From Bacteroidota bacterium (lineage in GTDB: Bacteria; Bacteroidota; Bacteroidia; AKYH767-A; OLB10): 40,297 nucleotides of DNA. The stretch is from contig JANOBN010000398.1 in assembly GCA_031411675.1 (NCBI GenBank), positions 1 through 40,297 on the forward strand, written 5' to 3'. The notes under the pieces were generated by a model, which searched no databases, was not told where the DNA came from, and worked only from the letters and a program-made list of their open reading frames with translations. Numbering within the stretch: the first letter of the stretch is position 1; every line of letters begins with the position of its first letter. Below, piece by piece: positions 8,593 through 18,831 of the stretch. Position numbers and translations under genes: made by a program.

Positions 8593-9357
8593 ATGAACCG
8601 CAAATCCTTATTCAGTAACACTTTTATCATCGGGATGTTGCTCTATGGGATGTTGGTTTTAACGTCCTGTAACAGGCAAGCCCTGTTTACGCAAAATAAA
8701 CCGCTGGCACCTAATTCAGGAATTACTTCCGGTAAGCAGGATTCTACCAGACAGCAAAAACTGCTGGCTCCTGATGATAAGATTATGATCAGCATCTGGG
8801 ATCATGATGAGCTGAGCGTTGGCTCCTTACAGGGAACTTATAGTCTTGCAGAAGAGTTTGGCAAATGGATCATGCTGGATGCAAACGGGGAAGTTCGTTT
8901 ACCACAGGTTGGATCAGTAAAGCTGGCAGGATTAAATGTAAAAGACGCCACACAGCAACTGGAAAAAGTATATGCAAAATATATACAGAACCCTGTTATC
9001 AATATCCGAGTATTAAATAATCAGGTAACGGTGCTGGGAGAAGTTCGTAGCCCCGGTATTTATTTGTTTAGTGCTGATCATGTACGTCTGGCTGACATTG
9101 TCGGAAAAGCACAGGGGTTTACTGATTTTGCAAAAACAAAGAAGATTAAAATAATCCGCAATACGGATCAGATGACGATTGACTTTACCAATGCAACGAG
9201 CGCATCAGCACAAGAACTGACGATCTATCCCGGCGATATTATATATATACCACCAACAGGAGGAAAAGCATGGGAACGTTTCAGTACGAAGCTGATTCCT
9301 ATTGCAAGTTTAATAACAGCCATAGCATTAGTTTACAGTGTAACCAATAAAAACTAA
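8593..9357 (+). CDS. wza: polysaccharide export outer-membrane lipoprotein (Wza-like: Poly_export + SLBB)
   Basis: Lipobox VLTSC. Poly_export-type segment ISIWDHDELS...GEVRLPQVGSVKLAGLNVKDATQQLE. SLBB-like segment VTVLGEVRSPGIY. C-terminal hydrophobic helix IPIASLITAIALVY. Confidence 0.8.
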   Translation: MNRKSLFSNTFIIGMLLYGMLVLTSCNRQALFTQNKPLAPNSGITSGKQDSTRQQKLLAPDDKIMISIWDHDELSVGSLQGTYSLAEEFGKWIMLDANGEVRLPQVGSVKLAGLNVKDATQQLEKVYAKYIQNPVINIRVLNNQVTVLGEVRSPGIYLFSADHVRLADIVGKAQGFTDFAKTKKIKIIRNTDQMTIDFTNATSASAQELTIYPGDIIYIPPTGGKAWERFSTKLIPIASLITAIALVYSVTNKN

Positions 9358-9362
9358 GAGAA

Positions 9363-11645
9363 GTGCATAATCCAAATAGTATAAAAAGTTTGCTTTCACC
9401 TCTGGTAAAAAGATGGTATATCATTGCGATATGCCTTTTGTTGTCAGGTATAGCAGCCTATCGTTACATGCAAGTGGCCACACCGGTTTATCAGGCAAGC
9501 GCTACTATAAAAATTGAAGATCAGTCCGGAATAACAGAGACGAAGTTGTTTAAAGATTTTGATGTTTTTAATCAGAATAACAAAACACAAACGGAAGTTG
9601 AAGTACTGAAGTCGAGGTACCTTTTTGAGAAAGCACTGGAGAAACTGGATTTCTTTGTGGAGTACTACCGCATCAATGACATGAGCAATGAAGAGTTGTA
9701 TCATAAAAATCCCTTTACTGTTGACTTTAATTTAACTGCTGAAAATTTCAATCAGCAGGAATTTGATTTTAAACATCTTGGTGGAGAAAGGATACGCATC
9801 ATGTATAATGATGGCAGACGCAACTATGAAAAAGATGCCCGTTTCGGAGAGCGTATTAATGGCAGAGGCTGGAATATTACCGTTAAGAAAGCACCACATT
9901 CTTCCTATTCATTATCGGATTCTTACCGTTTTATCATCTATAGTAAGGTAGCCCTTGCGCAAAAGATGATGAATACCGATTACATTGTTCGTGCAGTAGA
10001 TAAAGATGTAAATATTATAAAAGTATATTACAAACATCCGGTACCGGAAAAAGCAATGAAGATGGTGAATGCCGTTTCACAGGCTTATCTGGAACAAGGG
10101 TTAAATGATAAAAAGGAACTTGCTTCCAGCACACTTGGTTTTATCAATCAACAACTGGAAATTGTAACGCAGGAATTAAACGATGCACAGGATGCCATTA
10201 AAAAATATAAAGTAGATCATGAAATTGTAAATATTCCTCAACAAACCGATGCAACATTCCGTACATTAAGTCAACTGGAAATACAAAAAGTTGATATTAA
10301 CATGCAGCTTTCCATGTTGGAGAATCTGAGTGAATATTTAAGAAGAAACCGTCAGATCAATTTATCAGGACCGGAGTTCACCACTATTGCTGATCCGTTG
10401 TTTACGGAGAGTGTATCAAAACTAAATAACAAGCTGCGGGAACGAATGACCCTAACGGCAAGATATACGGGGGAAGATCCGCACATTATGGGTCTGGATG
10501 CAGAAATTAGTCAGTTGCGCAATTACCTGGTAGAAAGTGTGAACAACACGCGCAAGAAATTAATGATTCGCGAGGAGGAAGTACAAGGTGCGATCGGAGA
10601 ACAAAGAGCATCATTTGATGGCGTTCCGGAAATGGAATCAACATTAAATGAATTGAACCGAAATTTCTTTTTATACGAAAAGGTATATAACTTCCTTATA
10701 GAAAAACGTACGGAAGCTTTAATCACTTCACAGGTGAATGTATCCTTTAACCGAATTCTGGAAGTTGCCACCATGCCTTACAAACCGGTTGCACCTGTTG
10801 CCGAAGTAGTTTGGGGAATTGCTATCTTTTTAGGATTGCTTATTGGTATTACCATTGCTTATGTTCGTCATTATATAAAATCATCGGTATCCAGCAGAGA
10901 GGAAATGGAGAAGGTGAGTCCGATTCCTTTTATTGGCAATGTAGAGCAATTTGTAAAAAGCAGCAACGGATACAATTCCTTTACTGCATTAACCACCAGA
11001 ATTCTTTTAACACAACAATCAAAAGAAAATCTGGTTATAACGGTTACTTCCACAAAAAAGGGAGAAGGTAAAACATTTATTGCTACAGGTGTTGCACGTA
11101 CATTGGCTGCCATGGATAAAAAAGTACTGCTCATTGATATGAATCCATACAACCCGACCTTAAATGAGTGGTTCGATATTCGTAATCCTCAGGGAATGGC
11201 TGATGTGTACATTCATAAGATGAACATACATGATGTAATCAACATTACTTCATTCCCCAATCTTGACATGATAAATTCAGGAACACAGGATGGTCCGATG
11301 AGTCATCTGATTGCCACACAACGCACGCAGGACATCATCAAAGAACTTCGTAACCATTATGATGTAATTGTATTTGATACACCGGAGTCAGGAAAATATG
11401 TAGATGCCATTCCGTTTATGAAATGGAGTGACCTGAATCTGTATGTTGTAAAAGCAGATGAAACCAACAAGGAGCTTATTGCCAATGCGGAGTTAGTAAA
11501 GGAAGAATACCGTCTGGAAGAAGTATATTTTGTACTTAACGGCATGAAGGAAAAACGAAATCATTCAGGCTATATCAATAACAGAAAACTAAACAGTATC
11601 AGGAAAAAAATGGTGCCACAACTCACATCCTTATTTGCCTGGTAA
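9363..11645 (+). CDS. Wzc/GumC-like polysaccharide co-polymerase with C-terminal P-loop (BY-kinase-like) domain
   Basis: It has an N-terminal TM helix, a long coiled-coil periplasmic region and a second TM helix (VVWGIAIFLGLLIGITIAYV). The P-loop is STKKGEGKT (~11044-11080) and the Walker B-like motif is VIVFDTPE. GTG start. No C-terminal Tyr cluster is present. Confidence 0.8.
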   Translation: MHNPNSIKSLLSPLVKRWYIIAICLLLSGIAAYRYMQVATPVYQASATIKIEDQSGITETKLFKDFDVFNQNNKTQTEVEVLKSRYLFEKALEKLDFFVEYYRINDMSNEELYHKNPFTVDFNLTAENFNQQEFDFKHLGGERIRIMYNDGRRNYEKDARFGERINGRGWNITVKKAPHSSYSLSDSYRFIIYSKVALAQKMMNTDYIVRAVDKDVNIIKVYYKHPVPEKAMKMVNAVSQAYLEQGLNDKKELASSTLGFINQQLEIVTQELNDAQDAIKKYKVDHEIVNIPQQTDATFRTLSQLEIQKVDINMQLSMLENLSEYLRRNRQINLSGPEFTTIADPLFTESVSKLNNKLRERMTLTARYTGEDPHIMGLDAEISQLRNYLVESVNNTRKKLMIREEEVQGAIGEQRASFDGVPEMESTLNELNRNFFLYEKVYNFLIEKRTEALITSQVNVSFNRILEVATMPYKPVAPVAEVVWGIAIFLGLLIGITIAYVRHYIKSSVSSREEMEKVSPIPFIGNVEQFVKSSNGYNSFTALTTRILLTQQSKENLVITVTSTKKGEGKTFIATGVARTLAAMDKKVLLIDMNPYNPTLNEWFDIRNPQGMADVYIHKMNIHDVINITSFPNLDMINSGTQDGPMSHLIATQRTQDIIKELRNHYDVIVFDTPESGKYVDAIPFMKWSDLNLYVVKADETNKELIANAELVKEEYRLEEVYFVLNGMKEKRNHSGYINNRKLNSIRKKMVPQLTSLFAW

Positions 11646-11651
11646 AATTAT

Positions 11652-12914
11652 ATGCAACTCACCTTTTCCACTACTAAAAATCTCTTCAAGAACAACACCC
11701 TGCTGGTTTATACTGACCAGTTGGTGGTGAGTGGATTGAGTTTTGTTTCCAGTATTATTCTGGCACGATTACTTGGGGTGCAGGGCTTTGGTATTTATAG
11801 TATTGCATGGTTAGGTGTGCTTATTGCAAGCAGTGTAAATCAACCCTTCATCATTTCTCCGATGATGACCTTAAGCAGCAAAAAGGAATCAGGGGAAAGA
11901 GAACGTTATCTGCAGGCATTGGTTTTTAAGCAACTATTCTTTGCGGCAACCTTAAGTATTCTTGCATTTCTCACAGTGCTGGTGATGAGTGTAATATTGA
12001 AGGAGTGGAAGGTAAACAGTATTATTCTTGCATTTCCTCTTGCTGTTTTTTCATTCCTGTTACAAGACTTTTTCCGCAAATACTTTTTCATTATTGGCAA
12101 AGCACATATGGCGGTTATGATTGATGTAATTGCCTATGGCGGAGTTTTATTAAGTGCGTTTTTGTTGCATTATTTCCGGGATATGGATGCACAGTTTATA
12201 TTGTTGCTTACTGCACTCTTCTTTTTATATGCTTCGCTTGTTGCACTATTGTCGTTAAACAAATTAAAATTTGATCTTAAAGAAATTAAAGCCGCCATCA
12301 CAGAACATTGGGATTTCAGCAAGTGGCTGACGGCAACAGCATTGCTTCAGTGGTTTTCGGGTAACCTGTTTATTATTGCGGCAGGAGCAATACTGGGTCC
12401 GCGCGCTGTTGGTGCCACCCGCATGGCGCAAAATATTGTGGGAATAACCCATGTCTTATTTCTTGCAATGGAAAATATTATTCCGGCGCGAGCTGCTACT
12501 GCTCAACGTAATGGAGGGAATGATGCTCTGTTCCGTTACTTGTGGAAGTTTACATTGCAGATGGGAACGATCACATTTGCATTATTAGGGTTAATAACCA
12601 TCTTCAGCAAACAAATTATTGAAGCCTGCTACGGGGAATCATATCTTGAATATCAGCCGGTACTCATTGGGTTCTGTTTATTATATGTAATTGTGTTTTT
12701 AGGATATCCTTTAAGATACGCAATTCGAACAATGGAAAAAACAAGATTAATATTCTCTTCTTTTATCATCAGTTCCATCTTTAGTGTTGCCTGTGCATAT
12801 CCTGTTATTAATGCATTTGGTTTGTTTGGTGTTGTAGGCGGATTAATGGCTACTCAGATGATCACACTGATCATTTATACATGGTCGTTACGGAATACCA
12901 TTAAGTGGATTTAA
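11652..12914 (+). CDS. wzx: oligosaccharide-unit flippase (Wzx, MOP superfamily)
   Basis: About 12 TM segments and the typical size and position of a Wzx in the locus. The N-terminal LVVSGLSFVSSIILARLLGVQGFG motif is characteristic of polysaccharide biosynthesis flippases. Confidence 0.75.
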   Translation: MQLTFSTTKNLFKNNTLLVYTDQLVVSGLSFVSSIILARLLGVQGFGIYSIAWLGVLIASSVNQPFIISPMMTLSSKKESGERERYLQALVFKQLFFAATLSILAFLTVLVMSVILKEWKVNSIILAFPLAVFSFLLQDFFRKYFFIIGKAHMAVMIDVIAYGGVLLSAFLLHYFRDMDAQFILLLTALFFLYASLVALLSLNKLKFDLKEIKAAITEHWDFSKWLTATALLQWFSGNLFIIAAGAILGPRAVGATRMAQNIVGITHVLFLAMENIIPARAATAQRNGGNDALFRYLWKFTLQMGTITFALLGLITIFSKQIIEACYGESYLEYQPVLIGFCLLYVIVFLGYPLRYAIRTMEKTRLIFSSFIISSIFSVACAYPVINAFGLFGVVGGLMATQMITLIIYTWSLRNTIKWI

Positions 12915-12974
12915 GGTTGCCGTAAAAGCCTTGTAACATCTGCACATTTTCTACGTAAAAACATCAACAAAACC

Positions 12975-14090
12975 ATGAAAGTAATACACCTTGTTTTAGG
13001 AAAAGCCAATCCCAACCGGATGAATGGCGTTAGTAAGGTGGCCCATTTCCACGCCATGTACCTGCATAAAATCGGGGTGAATACAGAGATATGGGGAATA
13101 ACCCGTACTCCGGAAGCTCCGGTTACCGAAAGAGAAGTGCCTACCCGTTTATTTCGCGGGCAGTCAATTATCAGAGGACTGGACCCATCATTAATGTTGG
13201 CTATTGAAAGACTGAAAGGAAAGGTAGTATTTCATATTCATGGTGCATTGATTCCTGACTTCTATCTGGTAACAAAAATACTTTGCGAGAAGAAGATTCC
13301 CTATATATATACTCCGCATGGTGCTTTCAATGAAGTTGCTTTACGGAAAAACAAACTCATTAAGAAAATATATATTAATAGTTTCGAGAAATGGATTCTG
13401 CGCCATGCCAAGAAGGTACAGTTTCTGGGGAAAAGTGAATACGATCATATTACGAATCTGGTAACACTTCACAACAAGGTAGTGATACCAAACGGACAGT
13501 GTCTGGAAGAAATGAGTTTTGAGTATAAAAAAATCAAACATCAGAATGAACCGGTATTCGGCTTTTGCGGACGACTAGATAATTATTATAAAGGACTTGA
13601 CTTATTGCTTACTGCATTTGCTGATTATAAATCAAATGGCGGGAAAGGTGAATTGTGGCTGATTGGTGATGGTCCTGATCGTCAGAAGCTGGAGCAAATG
13701 GTAATTGCACTTGACTTGTCAGCATATGTTACATTTCATGGAGCTCGTTACGGACAGGAAAAACTGAATTTTATTGCGAACTTGGATGTGTTTGTTCATC
13801 CTTCACATTCCGAAGGGTCACCAACAGCTGTTTTGGAAGCTGCGGCATTGAGCATACCGTTGCTTGTTACCACAGGAACGAATGTAGGGCCACTTGTAGA
13901 AAAATATCAATGCGGAATTCATATTCATTCCAATAAAAGTAAAAGTATTGCAACTGCATTAAAAACGTTTGGAGAACTTTATCAGACAGACTCATTAAAA
14001 GAAATGAAAAATGGAGCTTTACGAATGGTAGAAGCGGAGTTTGATTGGGAAAATATTGCAAAACAATTATCGGTAATTTATCAATCATGA
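12975..14090 (+). CDS. GT-B glycosyltransferase (family 4-like)
   Basis: C-terminal E-x7-E region: VFVHPSHSEGSPTAVLEAAALSIPLLVT. Confidence 0.85.
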   Translation: MKVIHLVLGKANPNRMNGVSKVAHFHAMYLHKIGVNTEIWGITRTPEAPVTEREVPTRLFRGQSIIRGLDPSLMLAIERLKGKVVFHIHGALIPDFYLVTKILCEKKIPYIYTPHGAFNEVALRKNKLIKKIYINSFEKWILRHAKKVQFLGKSEYDHITNLVTLHNKVVIPNGQCLEEMSFEYKKIKHQNEPVFGFCGRLDNYYKGLDLLLTAFADYKSNGGKGELWLIGDGPDRQKLEQMVIALDLSAYVTFHGARYGQEKLNFIANLDVFVHPSHSEGSPTAVLEAAALSIPLLVTTGTNVGPLVEKYQCGIHIHSNKSKSIATALKTFGELYQTDSLKEMKNGALRMVEAEFDWENIAKQLSVIYQS

Positions 14091-15385
14091 TCACGGACGC
14101 AGCAGTATCCATAAAAGAGAAGAGTGCATCTTCTTTTTATGTGCTGGCCGTTACTTTGCTTACACTTCGTATCTGTAGTTATTTTATGCTATCAGAAGAA
14201 GTACAGATTACACAGCTGCTTAAAGTAAGCTTGAGAATTTCTGTAACTGCAGCAACCGGAATTTTATTATTAAGACATTATTCAACACGCCGGGAAAACA
14301 AAATAACATACGACCAGCCAATGAGTCTGGTTTTATATTTATGTTATATCGGATTGGCTATTTGCTCCCTGATGTGGTCAACATCATTTAGTGATACAAT
14401 ACTGCATTTGTTGATGGACACAGAGACCTTATTGTTTTGCTTTTTATATATAAAACTGATATTACTTAAGCAACACCAGGAAGGATCTCAAATCAGGTTC
14501 AGCAGGATTGTTGCATATTCCATATTTTTGATATGTGCAGGATTTTTGGCAGGTAAAATGATTAATCCCGATAAATTTTTCCGTCTTACACATGGCGGTG
14601 AAGAATCAAGGCTTGGAGGATTTATTATTAATCCGAATGAATTGGGAATGCTCATTGTAATTGGCATTTCCACCACATTTATAGAGTTAAAACACTCTTT
14701 CAACAAGTGGGCAAAGTGGGGCATGATGTTTATAATGTTGTATGAATTAATGATTACAGGTTCACGGTCATCCATGATTGCATTACTTCTTGTAATATTA
14801 TTTTTTGTATCGCAAAGTAAAACAAGACGGATGCAGATAGTAATTCTTGCAGCACTTCTTGCAGTAACACCGTATATAGTACATCAGGTTTTTATAAAAC
14901 AAGGGAATGTAGAGGAAGTAATGAGTTTAACCGGACGATTGCCTTTCTGGAAGGATTTGCTCACTATCAATTTTCCTAAAGAGCCGTTATTAGGCTACGG
15001 ATATATGCGAATTGACTACACCGATAAATTTGAAAGTATTAGTTCATATGCCGGAGGAATGACGCACAATACGTTTTTACAAGTGTTGATGGGTTTAGGG
15101 TTAGTTGGGTTGTTTATCGTGCTTGCGCAGCTTACTTCTACCATTTACAGTATTTTAACCCACCCTGACTGGCAGAAGAGACGGGTTTGTTTCGGGTTAT
15201 TAATTCCTGTTTTAGTCAACTCGTTTACGGAATTTGGCATATTCGGAGAGACTAATTATGGAATTATGTTTTATCTTTTTATAGTTTTTACTGTTGTTTT
15301 AAAACCTGCGACCGAGCATTTGCGTATAAAAAGCACAAATGCAAACAGTTCCGCTTCATTTCTCAGATCTCCAGTTACTGCATAG
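14087..15385 (+). CDS. wzy: O-antigen polymerase/ligase family membrane protein (Wzy-like)
   Basis: About 10 TM segments, a Wzy_C-like block (ITGSRSSMIALLLVILFF) and a large loop. I place the start at ATG 14087, which forms an ATGA overlap with the upstream stop. The listed TTG at 14045 lies inside the previous gene. Confidence 0.75.
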   Translation: MITDAAVSIKEKSASSFYVLAVTLLTLRICSYFMLSEEVQITQLLKVSLRISVTAATGILLLRHYSTRRENKITYDQPMSLVLYLCYIGLAICSLMWSTSFSDTILHLLMDTETLLFCFLYIKLILLKQHQEGSQIRFSRIVAYSIFLICAGFLAGKMINPDKFFRLTHGGEESRLGGFIINPNELGMLIVIGISTTFIELKHSFNKWAKWGMMFIMLYELMITGSRSSMIALLLVILFFVSQSKTRRMQIVILAALLAVTPYIVHQVFIKQGNVEEVMSLTGRLPFWKDLLTINFPKEPLLGYGYMRIDYTDKFESISSYAGGMTHNTFLQVLMGLGLVGLFIVLAQLTSTIYSILTHPDWQKRRVCFGLLIPVLVNSFTEFGIFGETNYGIMFYLFIVFTVVLKPATEHLRIKSTNANSSASFLRSPVTA

Positions 15386-16673
15386 TTTCTTTTGCAATGA
15401 TGCAGAAGAACTGTCCGTATATGATCCGGATCAACGGTTAAAAACTGTTGCTGAAAAACCTGTATTAAGCAATAAAGGCAGATTTAATCTTTCCGCAAAT
15501 GGAAAAGATATGAATGCTGCCATGCAGTTTTATTTCGGAGACGGTAACTGGAATGATGGAAAACGTTATATATATATAAACAACCCTGATGGAACTATGC
15601 GCTGGATTATTCCTGCGGAAGAAAAAAGTTCAATTCATCTGTCACTTTATAATTCACAATCGTGGAAGGCACGTTTTTATAAGGCGGCATCATCTATTCT
15701 CTTTGCAGCAGGGAAAAGTAGCTGGCTGGCTTCAGGATCATTTTATGTAGAGAAAGCAAAAGCAGATGCAATTGAAAAGAAGTATGGGATATTGCCCGGA
15801 GAAAAATACTCCTTTTTTACAGGCACCAGAGGAAATACAAGAAAAGTGGTTTTAGCTGTTGGAGATAAGAAGATTACACATTTTATAAAAATTGCAATAA
15901 GTAAACAATCAAAACAACTTATTAATAACGAAGCAAACATGTTAAAAGAACTGAATAAATACGATTTTACCACATTGAGCATGCCACGGGTTACCGATCC
16001 GAGAATTAATGGTTGTGCTCGTTTAACAAATGTGAAACCGGCGTATGTAATACCGGCACAAAGAATTAATGATATTCACGTACGAACACTTGCGGAGTTA
16101 TATGCGGCCAATCACGAAAAAAAGCGAATCGAAGAATGTGCAGCATGGTCAGCTATTTCTAACAACATGGACTGGATGCAAAGGGAGCATGAACTGAACA
16201 ACGGTCTTGATGAGCTAAAAACCAGAAGGGTCATTCATTTATTACGCAAGCTTTATAACTCCATGCCAATTGAAGCAGAGATTCCTGTTTCCGTTTCACA
16301 TGGTGATTTTACACCTTGGAATATGTATTGTGATGAACATCGTTTATATGTGTATGATTGGGAACTTTCCAGCAATGGCATCCCAATGTTATTTGATCTT
16401 TATCATTTCATATTGCAGTCACAGGTTTTAATTCATCATCAAAACTACCCGGCTATCAGAAGCACTATCAACCAAACAATCAGAAATGCGAACGTGAAAA
16501 AGCTGGTTAGCAAATATGATATAGAAACAGAATTGCATTATCGGATGTATTTGCTTTTTACAGTAAGTTATTATTTGCGATTATATATCAGTGAAGCCGA
16601 ACTCCTCACCCAATCACACTGGATGATGGATGTGTGGATGGATGCGTTGGAAGAAGTTAACAGTGTAAATTAG
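15339..16673 (+). CDS. APH/choline-kinase-superfamily phosphotransferase with unknown ~170-aa N-terminal region
   Basis: Catalytic loop SHGDFTPWN (16296-16322) is followed by the YVYDWE metal-binding motif. These are Brenner-type HxDxxxxN...D motifs. The start is uncertain: 15339 overlaps wzy by 47 nt, and the next ATG is at 15510. Confidence 0.7.
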   Translation: MQTVPLHFSDLQLLHSFFCNDAEELSVYDPDQRLKTVAEKPVLSNKGRFNLSANGKDMNAAMQFYFGDGNWNDGKRYIYINNPDGTMRWIIPAEEKSSIHLSLYNSQSWKARFYKAASSILFAAGKSSWLASGSFYVEKAKADAIEKKYGILPGEKYSFFTGTRGNTRKVVLAVGDKKITHFIKIAISKQSKQLINNEANMLKELNKYDFTTLSMPRVTDPRINGCARLTNVKPAYVIPAQRINDIHVRTLAELYAANHEKKRIEECAAWSAISNNMDWMQREHELNNGLDELKTRRVIHLLRKLYNSMPIEAEIPVSVSHGDFTPWNMYCDEHRLYVYDWELSSNGIPMLFDLYHFILQSQVLIHHQNYPAIRSTINQTIRNANVKKLVSKYDIETELHYRMYLLFTVSYYLRLYISEAELLTQSHWMMDVWMDALEEVNSVN

Positions 16674-16674
16674 T

Positions 16675-17976
16675 ATGAGTCAACGTAAAGAGTTTATTTA
16701 TTATTTTTTTAATGCAATACGTAATTATCGTTATGCGATTCTGAAAGATGTGTATCACAACATACAAGATCTTCCGGAATCGGCAGACATTGACCTTGTT
16801 GTTGATCCTCTGGATCTGGAAAAGGTAATTGCAGTTGTAGATAAGGGAAAGGGTGTAATACGGACGCACCGAGAAAAAAGAAGTTTTGCTTCATTTATTA
16901 AAATTTACTTTGAAGATCTTGGCTATCTGGAGATTGATCTGATACATCGTTTCGATAGAAAGGGGATCATCTATATGAGTTCGTTTCAAGTATTGCAGGA
17001 TAGTGTTATCAATAGTCAGGGGCTAAAAACAGCAGCCCAACATCATCAGTTTATTTATGTTGTTTTATTTTATATGATGAACCAAGCTGATGTTCCGGAG
17101 CGTTATCGTTTACATTTTTCACAACTTCCGCAAGAAGAAAGAAGATTGATTTTTACCTGGATTACTGCGAAATTTGATGTACATCTAAATAAACTGGAAG
17201 ATCTGTATGATTATCATAACAGACATAGAAAAAAAATATTATTGAAAATTGCCAGTGATAAGCGAAACAGAATTCCATTCTGCTGGAAGCACCGGATGGA
17301 GTATCTTTTTGATACATTAAAAGGAGCACTAAAGGAGAAAGGAATCACAGTAACATTTACCGGAGTGGACGGTGCAGGAAAATCAACCATACTGGAAAAT
17401 GTAAAGCAACAATTGGAAGGGAAATATCGTCATCAGGTAAAGGTATTACGTCACCGGCCATCACTTTTACCCATTTTAAGCAGTCTTCTTCATGGCAAAA
17501 AGGCAGCGGAACAAAAGGCAGCAAGTACGCTTCCAAGGCAAGGTACCAACAACAGTCTCATTAGTTCACTTTTACGCTTCAGTTACTATTTTGCCGATTA
17601 TCTGTTCGGTAGACCTTATATTTACTATCGCTATAACTCAAGGGGAATCACCGTGTTATACGACCGATATTATTTCGATTTTATAGTTGACAGCCGAAGA
17701 AGCAACATAAGAGTAAGCCCTGCATTGGTTAAAAAAGGTTATGTTCTGTTGAGTAAGCCGGAGGTGAATGTCTTTTTATATGCCTCTCCGGAAGAAATTT
17801 TAAAGCGAAAGCAGGAACTTAAAGAAGAGGATATACGTACAATGACCAGCGATTATCGCACGTTATTTGAAGATTTAGAAAAAAGATATCCAAATCAGCA
17901 GTATCTGTCACTTGATAATAAAGATTTGAATACTACACTTACTACTGTAATGAAAAAGATTATTTCAGCACACTAA
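16675..17976 (+). CDS. fusion protein: N-terminal nucleotidyltransferase-like domain + C-terminal thymidylate-kinase-like P-loop kinase
   Basis: The N-terminus has SADIDLVVD and EIDLIHRF, resembling the D.D / D.H motifs of the uncharacterised NTP_transf_5 group. The C-terminal half has Walker A GVDGAGKST (17362-17388), as in the dTMP-kinase family. It starts 2 nt after the upstream stop. Confidence 0.6.
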   Translation: MSQRKEFIYYFFNAIRNYRYAILKDVYHNIQDLPESADIDLVVDPLDLEKVIAVVDKGKGVIRTHREKRSFASFIKIYFEDLGYLEIDLIHRFDRKGIIYMSSFQVLQDSVINSQGLKTAAQHHQFIYVVLFYMMNQADVPERYRLHFSQLPQEERRLIFTWITAKFDVHLNKLEDLYDYHNRHRKKILLKIASDKRNRIPFCWKHRMEYLFDTLKGALKEKGITVTFTGVDGAGKSTILENVKQQLEGKYRHQVKVLRHRPSLLPILSSLLHGKKAAEQKAASTLPRQGTNNSLISSLLRFSYYFADYLFGRPYIYYRYNSRGITVLYDRYYFDFIVDSRRSNIRVSPALVKKGYVLLSKPEVNVFLYASPEEILKRKQELKEEDIRTMTSDYRTLFEDLEKRYPNQQYLSLDNKDLNTTLTTVMKKIISAH

Positions 17977-18043
17977 AAAATAAAACTACTTATAACTTAA
18001 CCGCGTCTCGTCTTCACAGGCGAATGATTCAAAAACAAAACAA

Positions 18044-18799
18044 ATGAAAAGAACTACTCACACACCACCGTTACAAAAAACGGTAACCTCCAGTTACAAA
18101 AATCCGGTATTTGATAAAATTCTCGGACGTACAACACTTGAATGGGATTGTGATGACGGACATAAGGAAAAGTTAACGGCATCTTTGAGATTAACGGATT
18201 ATGAGGGCAACAAACCATCGTGGTACAGTATCGCTAAATTGCCGTTTGTTCTGAAAACATATTTTCAATCGCGTAAATCACCTTTAATGGTAAAGCCAAT
18301 TCCATTTTTAACGATGGATGCAATTCGTTTTCTTGACACATTAATTCGCCCGGGATTACGCGTTCTGGAAGTTGGCGGTGGAAATTCCTCACTCTGGTTT
18401 TTAGAGCGTGGTGTTAATCTTACCACTTACGAACATGATAAAGAATGGGCCATGATGATGATGGAAAAGATAAACAGCAACCCGGAACATTTTAATGCCG
18501 GAAGATTTAATCTGAAAGTAATGCAGGGTCGTGACACCTTGAATGATCTGGCAACACTGGAGAATAATCATTATGATATTATTCTGGTTGACAGCATGAA
18601 TGATTTCACACGTCGTACAGAATGTATTCGCGCGTTAAAGAATAAAGTAAAAGAAGGAGGATGGATGATTCTGGATAATTCAGATAATCCGGCTAACTGG
18701 CCTGCAGATGAAATGCTGAACGGCAAAGAGATGCACAGGTTTACAGGCTATTCTCCAATGTCGTTATTCGTTTGCCAGACTACTTTCTGGAAAATGTAA
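18044..18799 (+). CDS. class I SAM-dependent methyltransferase-like protein
   Basis: Motif I is VLEVGGGNSSLWF. An acidic residue ends beta-2 (TTYEHD). Post-motif ILVDS is present. Confidence 0.65.
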   Translation: MKRTTHTPPLQKTVTSSYKNPVFDKILGRTTLEWDCDDGHKEKLTASLRLTDYEGNKPSWYSIAKLPFVLKTYFQSRKSPLMVKPIPFLTMDAIRFLDTLIRPGLRVLEVGGGNSSLWFLERGVNLTTYEHDKEWAMMMMEKINSNPEHFNAGRFNLKVMQGRDTLNDLATLENNHYDIILVDSMNDFTRRTECIRALKNKVKEGGWMILDNSDNPANWPADEMLNGKEMHRFTGYSPMSLFVCQTTFWKM

Positions 18800-18831
18800 A
18801 ACGAAGTTTCGTTATATATAATCAACCTCTT

